Below are positions 37,154 to 46,860 of a stretch of 64,000 nucleotides of DNA, piece by piece. Every line of letters begins with the position of its first letter. Positions within the stretch are counted from its first letter, which is position 1. The DNA is from an uncultured Bacteroidales bacterium (GTDB lineage Bacteria > Bacteroidota > Bacteroidia > Bacteroidales > UBA932): the NCBI GenBank assembly GCA_900316045.1, contig ONBM01000024.1, positions 15,400 through 79,399 on the forward strand. Direction: 5' to 3'. A model generated the notes under the pieces. That model worked only from the letters and a program-made list of their open reading frames with translations, did no database searches and was not told the DNA's origin. Made by a program: the position numbers and the translations under genes.

Positions 37154-39087
37154 TTTCCTTAAACGGACTTACTGTAGCCTACGGGAATTTCACCCTGCTG
37201 GACAATATCGATTTCCACATCAGCGACAATGACAAAATAGGCCTCGTTGGTAAGAACGGGGCGGGAAAGTCTACCATAATGAAGCTTATAGTAGGCGAAT
37301 ATCTTCCAACATCTGGTTCTATTGACAAGCCTCGCGACGTAAGAATCGGCTACCTGCCTCAAATCATGTCGCACCATAAGGGTAAGACTGTGCTTGATGA
37401 GACCTTGACGGCTTTCGAGGAGGCGGCAGGACTGCAGAAAGAAATTGATGAGATAAACTCAGAACTTGCTAATAGAACTGACTATGAGTCGAAGGAGTAC
37501 CTTGGATTGATCAATCGCCTGTCCGAACTCACAGAACGCTCTGCCATTGGGGAAAGCGAGCCACCTGAGGTGACGGCAGAGAAAACATTGCTAGGCCTGG
37601 GATTCAGGGACGAGGACTTCTGCAGGAAGACCGAAACGTTCAGCCAGGGATGGAACATGAGGATCGAGCTGGCTAAGATCTTGCTTGCCAAGCCAGATGT
37701 CCTGCTCCTGGATGAGCCTACCAATCACCTTGACATAGAATCGATTGAATGGCTGGAGGATTACCTGAGAGGATGGCATGGCTCTCTATTGCTTGTCTCG
37801 CACGATAGAAAATTCCTCGACAGCGTGACGAACCGCACCGTTGAAGTAGTGCTAGGTCGTATTTATGATTATAAAGTGCCATATAGCCAATATGTCGAGC
37901 TGCACAATGAGAGGATAGAGCAGCAGAAGGCTGCCTACGACAATCAGCAGAGGATGATTGAGAAAACTGAAGATTTCATAAATCGCTTCCGCTATAAGCC
38001 TACGAAGTCGAATCAGGTTCAGTCTAGGATTAAGGCTCTGGATAAATTGGAACGAATCGAGATTGACGAAACCGACAACGTGAAGCTGACTGTCAAATTT
38101 CCACCTGCGCCTCGTTCAGGAGACGTGGTTTTCAAAGCAGATGATATCACGGTCGGTTATCCTCAGAAGGTTGTCTTCAGGAATGCGAACGTTGAAGTTC
38201 GGAGGGGAGAGAAAGTGGCTTTGATAGGCAGGAACGGGGAAGGCAAGACAACTCTCATGAGGGTGCTCGACGGCGAATTGAAGCCCATCAGCGGAGAAGC
38301 TAAGATAGGATACAATGTAAATATGGGCTATTATGCTCAGAATCAGGAGGATATCTTAGACAAGAACCTGACTGTCTACCAGACGCTGGACAACATCGCT
38401 ACAGGCGAAATCCGAACGAAACTACGTGACATCCTGGCTGAATTTTTATTTAGAGGCGAGGATATTGACAAGAAAGTCAGCGTCTTGAGCGGTGGTGAGA
38501 GGGCAAGGCTAGGCATGGCGAAACTCATGCTGGAGCCCTACAATCTGCTGGCTCTTGATGAGCCTACCAACCACATGGATATCAAGTCTAAAGATATTCT
38601 AAAACAGGCTCTGAAATCATATGATGGCACGCTCATTGTTGTCTCTCATGACCGTGACTTCTTGGAAGGCTTAGTGGATAAGATGTACGAGTTCCGAGAC
38701 GGGAAAGTGACCGAGCATCTAGGAAGCGTGCATGAGTTCCTGGAGAAACGCAAGCTGGAAAATTTGCATGAATTGGAGAGGAAGTTCGGTAATCTGGCTT
38801 CCAAGGAACCGGCGCAGAAAAAGGCAGATGCTCAGAATGATTACCAGCAGAGACGAAGCGATGCTAAAGAAGAACGCAAGATAAGAAATCGCATATCTTT
38901 GCTAGAGAAAGAGATAGAAGAATTGGAAAAATTGATGTCGGACATTGAGAAGAAACTAAGCGATTCTAGGGGAGAAGATGTCATGAAACTTACCGAAGAA
39001 TATCAGAGAAACCAAAAAGCAATAGATGAAAAAACCTCCGAATGGGAGGCGCTCATGAATAATCTTGAAATCTATCCAAACAATTAA
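37150..39087 (+). CDS. ABC-F family ATPase (two ABC domains, no TM segments)
   Basis: Two Walker A motifs (GKNGAGKST, GRNGEGKTT), two LSGG signatures, and a C-terminal coiled coil. Confidence 0.85.
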   Translation: MISLNGLTVAYGNFTLLDNIDFHISDNDKIGLVGKNGAGKSTIMKLIVGEYLPTSGSIDKPRDVRIGYLPQIMSHHKGKTVLDETLTAFEEAAGLQKEIDEINSELANRTDYESKEYLGLINRLSELTERSAIGESEPPEVTAEKTLLGLGFRDEDFCRKTETFSQGWNMRIELAKILLAKPDVLLLDEPTNHLDIESIEWLEDYLRGWHGSLLLVSHDRKFLDSVTNRTVEVVLGRIYDYKVPYSQYVELHNERIEQQKAAYDNQQRMIEKTEDFINRFRYKPTKSNQVQSRIKALDKLERIEIDETDNVKLTVKFPPAPRSGDVVFKADDITVGYPQKVVFRNANVEVRRGEKVALIGRNGEGKTTLMRVLDGELKPISGEAKIGYNVNMGYYAQNQEDILDKNLTVYQTLDNIATGEIRTKLRDILAEFLFRGEDIDKKVSVLSGGERARLGMAKLMLEPYNLLALDEPTNHMDIKSKDILKQALKSYDGTLIVVSHDRDFLEGLVDKMYEFRDGKVTEHLGSVHEFLEKRKLENLHELERKFGNLASKEPAQKKADAQNDYQQRRSDAKEERKIRNRISLLEKEIEELEKLMSDIEKKLSDSRGEDVMKLTEEYQRNQKAIDEKTSEWEALMNNLEIYPNN

Positions 39088-39094
39088 CTGTATC

Positions 39095-40006
39095 ATGAAA
39101 TCATTAATTATTAAATCGTTAGCTGTTTCTATGATGGCTTTTGCCCTGAACAGCTATTCTTTCGCCCAAACAAGAGAGATCGAGCATGACTTCACTGAAT
39201 TTGACGCAATCTCAGCTACCAGCGATTTCAAGGTAACATTTTCTGAGAATCTGAAGTTTGGCGCCAAGCTTACGGTTGAAGATAATCTTAGTGAATATGT
39301 CGACTGCTATGTGAAAGGCAACTGCCTGTACATTGGCCTGAGGGAGAAGGATATTCCTAAAGAAGTGAAGAAGGCTTATAAAGCGAAGAATGCCCAGGCT
39401 CCTATTCTGAACGTTACCGTCTATGCTCCAAAAATCAACAGCATTACCTTGGCTGAGGGATGCACATTTTCCTGCAATGGCGGACTAAATGCCGATAAGT
39501 TCAGTGTCAATCTCAGCGATAATTCCAGCATACAGAATCTCACCGTAAGCGCCAAGTCAGTGAGCGTTAAAGCAGTGAAGAAAACCAACCTCGTGCTGAT
39601 GGCAAAAAGTGACAATGTCGAAATCAATGGAGATGGTGATGCTGTCATCAGAGTGGACTGCTCAGGCTCAAAGAGTTTGCAGGTTAAGAACAACGGTTCT
39701 GCCAACGTAAACGTTAACGGCAGCTTCGAAGAAGCTTCCATCGATGCTGGCAATGCTTCCCAGCTTACCGCAACTGGTTCTGCAAAAAAACTCACAATCA
39801 CTGGCAAAGGCAATAGGGCTAAGGTTGACGCTGGCGCTTTCAGCACACCTCAGGCAAGCCTTAAAATCGCTGGTCCTGCTGTAACGGTTGCTGTCACCAA
39901 CGCACTTGATCTTGAGCTTGGCAAAGGCTCTAGCGTAACCTATGCTGGTAATCCTTCTGTCAACATTGTGAGCGTTGAGAATTCTTCGATTTACAGAAAG
40001 AAATAA
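39095..40006 (+). CDS. DUF2807 / head-GIN domain protein (beta-helix), secreted
   Basis: Signal peptide, repetitive beta-helix pattern, and C-terminal GSSVTYAGNPSV. The start was set at the ATG at 39095. Confidence 0.7.
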   Translation: MKSLIIKSLAVSMMAFALNSYSFAQTREIEHDFTEFDAISATSDFKVTFSENLKFGAKLTVEDNLSEYVDCYVKGNCLYIGLREKDIPKEVKKAYKAKNAQAPILNVTVYAPKINSITLAEGCTFSCNGGLNADKFSVNLSDNSSIQNLTVSAKSVSVKAVKKTNLVLMAKSDNVEINGDGDAVIRVDCSGSKSLQVKNNGSANVNVNGSFEEASIDAGNASQLTATGSAKKLTITGKGNRAKVDAGAFSTPQASLKIAGPAVTVAVTNALDLELGKGSSVTYAGNPSVNIVSVENSSIYRKK

Positions 40007-41094
40007 TGTTTGTACTCGATTCCCATTGCGATACCCCGTCAATGCTGATGAGGGGCCGCGATATCGGAAAAGATAACGAAAGAGGGCACGTCGACTTACC
40101 TAAGCTTAAGGCCGGGGGAGTCGACGGCTCTTTTTTCGCCCTTTTTACCAGGCAGAGCATGCAGCCGGATGCAGCGACGAGATATGCTTTGCAGATGCTT
40201 GGCTCGATTAATGATGCAGTTGCGGCAAACAAAGAGTCCGCATCTTTGGCGAAAAACCCAGCTGAGGCATTCGAGAATAAGGCGAAGGGCCTTGTCAGCA
40301 TATTCATTGGCATGGAAAACGGGTTGCCTGTTCAGAATTCTTTGTCATTGCTCAGAGTTTTCCACAAGCTTGGGGTAAGTTATCTAACGCTGACACACAA
40401 TGGCGATAACCAGATAGCTGATTCGACATCCGAGGGCACTCATTGGAACGGCCTAAGTCCTTTCGGCAGGGAAGTTGTTGCCGAGATGAACCGCCTGGGA
40501 ATGATAGTGGACATCGCACACGCTTCAGACAAAACTTTCTATGACTGCCTGCAAGTCTCTAAAACTCCGATAGTTTCCACTCATTCATGCTGCCGTGCCT
40601 TGGCGCATCACAGAAGGAACATGACGGACGAGATGATCCGTGCAATGGCAGATAAGGGAGGGGTCATACAGATAAACTTCTACCCGGTTTTCCTGTCCGA
40701 TGCCTTTGCAGAGACTATTTCAAAATCTGGGCTTGGCGACAAGGATTGGATTGAGGATGAATGGATTGCGGATCCTTTCAATAAAGAAAAGGCCGATGCA
40801 TGGAATGTCGTTCTTGATGAATATGCCGCATTGGAGAGGCCTTCATTCAAAGTGGTTGCAGACCATATCGACCATGCCGTCAAGGTTGGCGGAATAGAGC
40901 ACGTTGGAATCGGGAGCGATTTCGATGGAATAGAAGTCGCTCCGAAGGGACTGGAGAACGTCTCAAAGCTGCCGGTTCTGTTCGATGAACTGCGCAAGAG
41001 GGGATATTCCGACGATGCAGTAGAAAAGATTGCAGGAGGCAACTTTCTGCGTGTCTGGAATGACGTTTTATCTAATGCTGAGCAGGACGCTTAG
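40006..41094 (+). CDS. membrane dipeptidase (peptidase family M19)
   Basis: LDSHCDTP at the N-terminus, followed by the LTHN..N and DIAH blocks. Confidence 0.85.
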   Translation: MFVLDSHCDTPSMLMRGRDIGKDNERGHVDLPKLKAGGVDGSFFALFTRQSMQPDAATRYALQMLGSINDAVAANKESASLAKNPAEAFENKAKGLVSIFIGMENGLPVQNSLSLLRVFHKLGVSYLTLTHNGDNQIADSTSEGTHWNGLSPFGREVVAEMNRLGMIVDIAHASDKTFYDCLQVSKTPIVSTHSCCRALAHHRRNMTDEMIRAMADKGGVIQINFYPVFLSDAFAETISKSGLGDKDWIEDEWIADPFNKEKADAWNVVLDEYAALERPSFKVVADHIDHAVKVGGIEHVGIGSDFDGIEVAPKGLENVSKLPVLFDELRKRGYSDDAVEKIAGGNFLRVWNDVLSNAEQDA

Positions 41095-42376
41095 GTGACA
41101 TATTCATTTGCAAATCCCGAAGGATATATTTCCTCACCTCATCGAGGGCCGTTGCTGCGAAACGCTGGATGTTTCTGGTTCTGTCGTTCCTGTAATTCTT
41201 TTTAACTGAATATGTTCCATTCGGACCTGCAATGCCTATCCAGACAGTCCCTACTGGGTTCTGCTCATCTCCCGATGGACCGGCAAGACCGGTCGTAGCC
41301 ACTGAATAAGTGCTGCCCAGCAGCCTGCGAACGCCAGTGGCCATCTCAACGGCAACTTCGCTACTGACAACCCCGAATTTCTTGATGGTGCCAGCCCTTA
41401 CCTTAAGCAGCTTTTCCTTGATTGGAATGGCATAAGATGTGACAGAGCCTAGGAAATATTCAGAAGCACCTGGAACAGAGGTGATTAAATGTGCTATCTC
41501 CCCACCAGTGCAGGATTCAGCGCAGCTAAGCGTCATTCCAGAACCTCGGAATATTGCACCTATTGCATTTTGAAGAGTGCCATCCTGCCATGAATATATC
41601 ATGTCCCCAAGCAGAGGGCGCAGGCGTTCAAACTCGGCATCAATGCGTCTTTCCTCATCTTCTTTATTGCCTCCATAAATAGAGAGGCGGAGCCTGACTC
41701 CAGTAAGCTGATTAGGCAGGTAGGCTAGGTGCATGTCTTCAGGCAGGCTGTCTTCCCAGTCCTCTATCAGTTTTGAAAGAGCCGACTCTGCCAGCCCATA
41801 GACCATGATGCATTTATGGAATATGTCAGAAAGCCCTTCCTGATGGCACTTAATATCGTCGATTATGTCCGGAAGTGCCCCTATGGCTTCAAAAGGCACG
41901 CCTGGCAGAGCGTACAGAGTGGCCGGATGCCCGAACTTTTCGGCAGGGAAGCGGAACACCATGATAGGCGCCGTCCCTTTCTTGTTATTGATTACTTCGC
42001 AGGTGTCTGGCACATTTGCCTGAGCCTTATTTATATCCAGCACGTCCAGACCGCGCGAATGCAAGATCTCATTCACTATTTTCAGCTGGGCTTTATTCAC
42101 GACATATTCCTTGCTCCCGGAAATCTCGGCGAGGGCTGCTTTGGTGATGTCATCCTTCGTTGGGCCAAGGCCGCCTGTAGAGATAACTATATCGTTGTTT
42201 CTCAGTTCATCGGAAAGATTGTTCACTATCTCGTCATGGTCGTCCCCGAATGATAGCATTCTGGTCACTTTTATTCCGAGGGCCTCAAGTTCCTTGGAAA
42301 TATTAGAAGAATTAGTGTCGACGATCTGACCTATGAGGATTTCATCCCCAATCGTGCAAATAGAAGCCTGTATCAT
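41072..42376 (-). CDS. cinA: CinA family protein (MoCF-like N domain plus nicotinamide-nucleotide amidohydrolase PncC domain)
   Basis: IGDEILIGQIVDTNS at the N-terminus and CAESCTGG in the C-terminal domain. Confidence 0.85.
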   Translation of the reverse strand: MIQASICTIGDEILIGQIVDTNSSNISKELEALGIKVTRMLSFGDDHDEIVNNLSDELRNNDIVISTGGLGPTKDDITKAALAEISGSKEYVVNKAQLKIVNEILHSRGLDVLDINKAQANVPDTCEVINNKKGTAPIMVFRFPAEKFGHPATLYALPGVPFEAIGALPDIIDDIKCHQEGLSDIFHKCIMVYGLAESALSKLIEDWEDSLPEDMHLAYLPNQLTGVRLRLSIYGGNKEDEERRIDAEFERLRPLLGDMIYSWQDGTLQNAIGAIFRGSGMTLSCAESCTGGEIAHLITSVPGASEYFLGSVTSYAIPIKEKLLKVRAGTIKKFGVVSSEVAVEMATGVRRLLGSTYSVATTGLAGPSGDEQNPVGTVWIGIAGPNGTYSVKKNYRNDRTRNIQRFAATALDEVRKYILRDLQMNMSPKRPAQH

Positions 42377-43410
42377 TTATTTTTCTCGAGATATTTAAGT
42401 ATTCTTTTAATTATCGAAGGGCCTTCATAGATGAAAGCAGTGTATATCTCTATCAGAGAAGCACCAGCATCAAGCATTGCTTTCGCCTGTTCCGGAGTCA
42501 TTATGCCCCCGACCGCAATGATAGGTAGCCTCCCTTCGCTTTTTTCATGAATATATTTAACCATTTCTAGGTTCTTCTCGTAAAGAGGGGCTCCTGAGAG
42601 GCCGCCGTTGCCAATTTTTTTCACGGCATTCTCAGATGTCATCAAGTTTTCTCTAGACCTGGTCGTGTTGCCAGATATTATCCCATCTATGCCAGAAAGC
42701 AGGCAGTAATGGATAATGTCATCAAGTTCTTCTCTAGGCAAATCTGGAGAAACCTTGATTAACAATGGCTTATAAGAATCATAACACAGTCTGAGCTCGA
42801 GCAGCGGATCAATGATGTCCGAGAGATAGGATATGTCCTGAAGATCTTGCAAGCCTTGGACATTTGGGCAAGAGACGTTTATGGAGATGTAATCCACGAA
42901 ATCGTAGATCAAAGAGAAAGCAGTCTCGTAGTCTTTGCGAATCTCATCATCTGTCTTGCTGGTTGTGTTTTTCGCTATGCTTGCACCAAGAATCACGTCA
43001 GGCTTCCGGGCATTGATATTCTTTATAGCATATCGCACGCCCTTGTTGTTTATCCCCATCCGGTTTATGATAGCCTTGTCATGTGGCAGCCTGAACACTC
43101 TGGGACGAGGATTTCCATCCTGAGGCAGAGGGGTAAGAGAACCTATCTCGATGAAAGAAAAACCGCACCAGCCGAGTTCGTTGTAATATTCCCCATTTTT
43201 ATCAAGACCTGCAGCCAGACCCACAGGATGAGGGAATCTTATGCCGAAAACTTCTCTGGACAAACCTTTGGGCTCCCTCTTGTAAAGCAATTTCATGATA
43301 GTTTTGCCGCCAGGAATCTTGCCAATTGTCTTCAGCATTCCAAACGTCAGCTTATGAGCCGTTTCTGGAGAGAAACGAAAAAGGAATGGTCTTATGATGC
43401 TTTTGTACAT
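42373..43410 (-). CDS. pyrD: quinone-dependent dihydroorotate dehydrogenase (class 2)
   Basis: GLAAGLDKNGE, EIGSLTP, INVSCPN and GGLSGAPL blocks. Confidence 0.9.
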   Translation of the reverse strand: MYKSIIRPFLFRFSPETAHKLTFGMLKTIGKIPGGKTIMKLLYKREPKGLSREVFGIRFPHPVGLAAGLDKNGEYYNELGWCGFSFIEIGSLTPLPQDGNPRPRVFRLPHDKAIINRMGINNKGVRYAIKNINARKPDVILGASIAKNTTSKTDDEIRKDYETAFSLIYDFVDYISINVSCPNVQGLQDLQDISYLSDIIDPLLELRLCYDSYKPLLIKVSPDLPREELDDIIHYCLLSGIDGIISGNTTRSRENLMTSENAVKKIGNGGLSGAPLYEKNLEMVKYIHEKSEGRLPIIAVGGIMTPEQAKAMLDAGASLIEIYTAFIYEGPSIIKRILKYLEKNK

Positions 43411-43525
43411 AGCTTTGCAAATTTAGCAAATTTTCTATCTCTGCATTGCCGGATTGTAATTTTATTATGCAATCTCGTCCAGGCATTCTGTTGTGCTGAC
43501 AGAAAAATGGCCGAGAAAGGCAGCA

Positions 43526-43954
43526 TCACTTGATTTCCAGGTACGTCCCATCGTCGTAGAAAACGATGACCCTGGCTATTTTCTTCTCAGCGGCGGTTTC
43601 GGCCTTATCTGAATCTGGTTGCGCTGAAGTTGGTTGCTGCTCAATTTCCAGAGGTTTCTCTTCGACGGGCTCAGACATTATAGCATTATCATCTTCCTGG
43701 AAAAGTGCAGGCTCAGTCGGGACAGGCATCACGACATCCCTATCTTTCTTGTACATTTTTCCTTTCCCTGTGATGAGCCAGTCAAGATTGATTTCAGTGT
43801 ATCTGGATGCCATCCTTTCTATGAAATCGTATCCAGGCTTGTTTCTCCCGGCTAAAATGTGGGATACGCTCGCGCGGCCGACGCCGATGCTGTCTGCGAA
43901 TTGCGCCTGAGTAAGATTCTCGGCAGCCAAGAATTGTTGAAGACGGTTTTCCAT
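43526..43954 (-). CDS. XRE-family helix-turn-helix DNA-binding protein
   Basis: LTQAQFADSIGVGRASVSHILAGRNKP HTH block. The start was set at the ATG at 43954. Confidence 0.75.
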   Translation of the reverse strand: MENRLQQFLAAENLTQAQFADSIGVGRASVSHILAGRNKPGYDFIERMASRYTEINLDWLITGKGKMYKKDRDVVMPVPTEPALFQEDDNAIMSEPVEEKPLEIEQQPTSAQPDSDKAETAAEKKIARVIVFYDDGTYLEIK

Positions 43955-44408
43955 TGACAGATGTTTATTTACAAATTTAATCAAATAAATTTACAATGTC
44001 AACAATATTTTGCCATTAACAAATGTACACAGGAGGCATCTTGACAAGAAATTAGTTAAATTTAACTTTGTATAATTGATATAATTATCTGAATAAGTGT
44101 CAATTAATTTGTACATTTCGTCATCAATCATTGAATTTTCACCGTCTCTTAAGACTATCTCCGAACCGTAATTAATATTTACAATTAGATAATTATATAT
44201 AAATATCTGATTATGTGAATATTACTTATTATTAAATTTTAGAATAATAAATTCTTATCTTTATTTATGTAAATTATATTTAATTTTTGTAAATATTTTC
44301 ATTTGTTGATAAATTAGATACAAAAGTAAACTTAATTGACAGCTAAAATAGCGGAGGCTTGTCTGACTTCCAATCAACATCTAGAGCGGATATTTCCAAA
44401 GAATAAAT

Positions 44409-44416
44409 TACCTTTG
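44409..44416 (+). promoter_or_regulatory. -7 promoter box TACCTTTG upstream of queA
   Basis: Exact TAnnTTTG, 19 nt upstream of the ATG at 44435. Confidence 0.45.
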
Positions 44417-44434
44417 TACGAAAATTTAATTGTA

Positions 44435-45643
44435 ATGATTCCGCAGATAAAGATTGAAGATTATAATTATGATTTGCCTGACGAGAGAATCGCGAAATAT
44501 CCTCTGCCGGAACGAGACTCCTCGAAACTTCTTAGATATAAGGATGGGAATGTAGACGAACATATATTCAAGGACTTGCCGTCTCTACTACCAGAAGGCT
44601 CATTAATGATATTCAACGACACTAAAGTCGTGCCTGCCAGGCTGCATTTTCAAAGAGAGACGGGGGCTCACATAGAAATTTTCTGTCTGGAGCCTGTCGA
44701 CCCTGTTGAATACAACACCTCTTTTGCTGCTACTGAGCATTGCAGATGGAAGTGCGTGATTGGCAATGCAAAGCGTTGGAAGGGAGAGCCGCTCAAACTG
44801 TATAATCCAGAGTCCTCTCCGGTCGTAAGCGCAATGAATCTTACGGCAACCCTCGTTGAGAGAAATGGCGAAACAGGCATCGTCGAATTAGCCTGGAAAG
44901 ACGGAAATCCTTTTTCCAAGGTTCTGGAGACTTGCGGCACTGTCCCTATACCGCCATACCTCAATCGTGAGACAGAGGCAATCGATACGGAACGTTATCA
45001 GACATTATATGCTAAAATTCGAGGTTCCGTGGCCGCTCCAACTGCTGGCCTGCACTTCACCCAAAGAGTACTGGATGCCCTCGATGTTAAAGGAATAGAC
45101 AGAGAAAATGTTTGTTTGCACGTTGGCGCAGGGACGTTTCTGCCTGTCAAAAGCTCAAATGTGGCAGAACACCCTATGCACAGGGAGCCATTCGCCGTCA
45201 CGCTGGAACTCTTGAAGAAAATCCGCAATCATGAAGGAAAACTGATTGCCGTTGGCACTACATCCGTCAGGACGCTTGAATCGTTATATTACGTGGGCGT
45301 CAGCTGCATAGAAAAAGGCAAGCCGGAGGAAGTCGGTCAGTGGGCGCCTTACGAGAGGGAATATTCATATTCGTTAAACGATGCTCTTGATGCCATAATA
45401 GAATATCTCGAAAAGAACAAGATGAAAGAGCTGAAAGTCGGCACGAAGATAATCATAGTCCCAGGCTTCAAATTCAGACTCGTAGACATATTGATAACTA
45501 ATTTCCATCAGCCCGAAAGCACGCTCATTCTGTTGATTTCAGCTTTTGTGGACGGAGATTGGAAAACTATCTACGATTACGCCTTGGGGCATGATTTTCG
45601 CTTCTTAAGCTATGGCGACAGTTCGATCCTTTTTAGAAAGTAA
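44435..45643 (+). CDS. queA: S-adenosylmethionine:tRNA ribosyltransferase-isomerase
   Basis: DYNYDLPDERIAKYPL at the N-terminus, VAAPTAGLHFT, and GTTS.RTLES blocks. The start was set at 44435. Confidence 0.9.
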   Translation: MIPQIKIEDYNYDLPDERIAKYPLPERDSSKLLRYKDGNVDEHIFKDLPSLLPEGSLMIFNDTKVVPARLHFQRETGAHIEIFCLEPVDPVEYNTSFAATEHCRWKCVIGNAKRWKGEPLKLYNPESSPVVSAMNLTATLVERNGETGIVELAWKDGNPFSKVLETCGTVPIPPYLNRETEAIDTERYQTLYAKIRGSVAAPTAGLHFTQRVLDALDVKGIDRENVCLHVGAGTFLPVKSSNVAEHPMHREPFAVTLELLKKIRNHEGKLIAVGTTSVRTLESLYYVGVSCIEKGKPEEVGQWAPYEREYSYSLNDALDAIIEYLEKNKMKELKVGTKIIIVPGFKFRLVDILITNFHQPESTLILLISAFVDGDWKTIYDYALGHDFRFLSYGDSSILFRK

Positions 45644-45668
45644 CATATTAATTAGTAGCAATTTAATT

Positions 45669-46856
45669 ATGTCAGAAAACAACAACTCATCTGAATTCGA
45701 TAGCATAGTTCCTTATTCCGATGAAGAAGCCGTCAAGGCGTTAGGTGAGGTCGCAAACCATCCTGCCTGCCTTGCTATCTCTGAATATCTTTTTCCAGAC
45801 AAGCCTGTGACCTATCTTCGAGACGCTCTCCGAAGCGTTCACAGCATAGATGAATTTCAGCAGAAAGTGATGAACGAGGCTGTGATATGGGTCATCAATA
45901 ACACCATCCATAATTTTTCTTACGACGGCATTCAATACATCAAGGACCAGAAAGGCAAGTTCCTGCTGATGTCGAACCATAGGGACATAATCCTGGACCC
46001 TGCGATAACCCAGCTCGTGCTTTTCCGCAATGGCATCCCGATGACGGAAATCTGCGTCGGCGACAACTTGATAAAGCAGAGCAAGACCGTCGAGAAGCTA
46101 CTTCGCTCGAATAGGATGATCAAGGTCATCAGAGGCATTTCCGCTAGAGACCTTTATCTGTCTTCGCAAATGCTTTCCAAATACATCAGGGATGACATAA
46201 CTTCTGGGAAATCCTCAGTCTGGCTGGCCCAGAGGCAAGGACGGACCAAAGACGGAATAGACACTACCGAACAAGGGCTTCTGAAAATGCTTGACATGAG
46301 TGGCACCAAGACGTTTTTGGAGAACTTCGAGGAGCTGAACATAATTCCTCTCAGCATTTCTTATGAATATGAGCCATGCGACATCCGTAAGGCTCGTGAG
46401 ATGATGATTTCCAGGACTCAGAAATATGTCAAGTCTCATCATGAAGACATGCACAGCATTGTGATTGGCATCCGACAGCAAAAAGGTGACGTGCATCTGA
46501 ACATTGGAAAGCCGCTGACAGCCGAGGAAATCGAGGAGGCTGCGCGGTGCGACAAGAACGACCGCTACCAAGCTATTCGTCATGCAATTGACAAGCGCGT
46601 GATCGAGGGCTATAAGCTTTGGAAAACGAATTTCATCGCATACGATCTTGTGAATCACAGCTTTAAATATTCCGAGATGTACAAGCCGGCAGACATGGAA
46701 AAATTCATAGAATACACCGAGCACAAGCTGGACAAAGTGGAGCGCAGGCTCAACCGTGAAGACCTCAGGACCATATTCCTGAAAATATATGCCAATCCGG
46801 TCATAACAAAAGAGAGACTCGCAGTCGGAGCCTCTCTCAGAAAAGAACAAGCTTAG
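45669..46856 (+). CDS. glycerol-3-phosphate/lysophospholipid acyltransferase family protein
   Basis: HX4D motif in MSNHRDIILDPA. The start was set at the ATG at 45669. Confidence 0.7.
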   Translation: MSENNNSSEFDSIVPYSDEEAVKALGEVANHPACLAISEYLFPDKPVTYLRDALRSVHSIDEFQQKVMNEAVIWVINNTIHNFSYDGIQYIKDQKGKFLLMSNHRDIILDPAITQLVLFRNGIPMTEICVGDNLIKQSKTVEKLLRSNRMIKVIRGISARDLYLSSQMLSKYIRDDITSGKSSVWLAQRQGRTKDGIDTTEQGLLKMLDMSGTKTFLENFEELNIIPLSISYEYEPCDIRKAREMMISRTQKYVKSHHEDMHSIVIGIRQQKGDVHLNIGKPLTAEEIEEAARCDKNDRYQAIRHAIDKRVIEGYKLWKTNFIAYDLVNHSFKYSEMYKPADMEKFIEYTEHKLDKVERRLNREDLRTIFLKIYANPVITKERLAVGASLRKEQA

Positions 46857-46860
46857 GGCT

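Noticed and set aside
41072-41094. A 23-bp 3' overlap of the convergent dipeptidase and cinA genes.
   Set aside because: Short convergent overlaps are common. The cinA tail is poorly conserved, and nothing else suggests antisense regulation.
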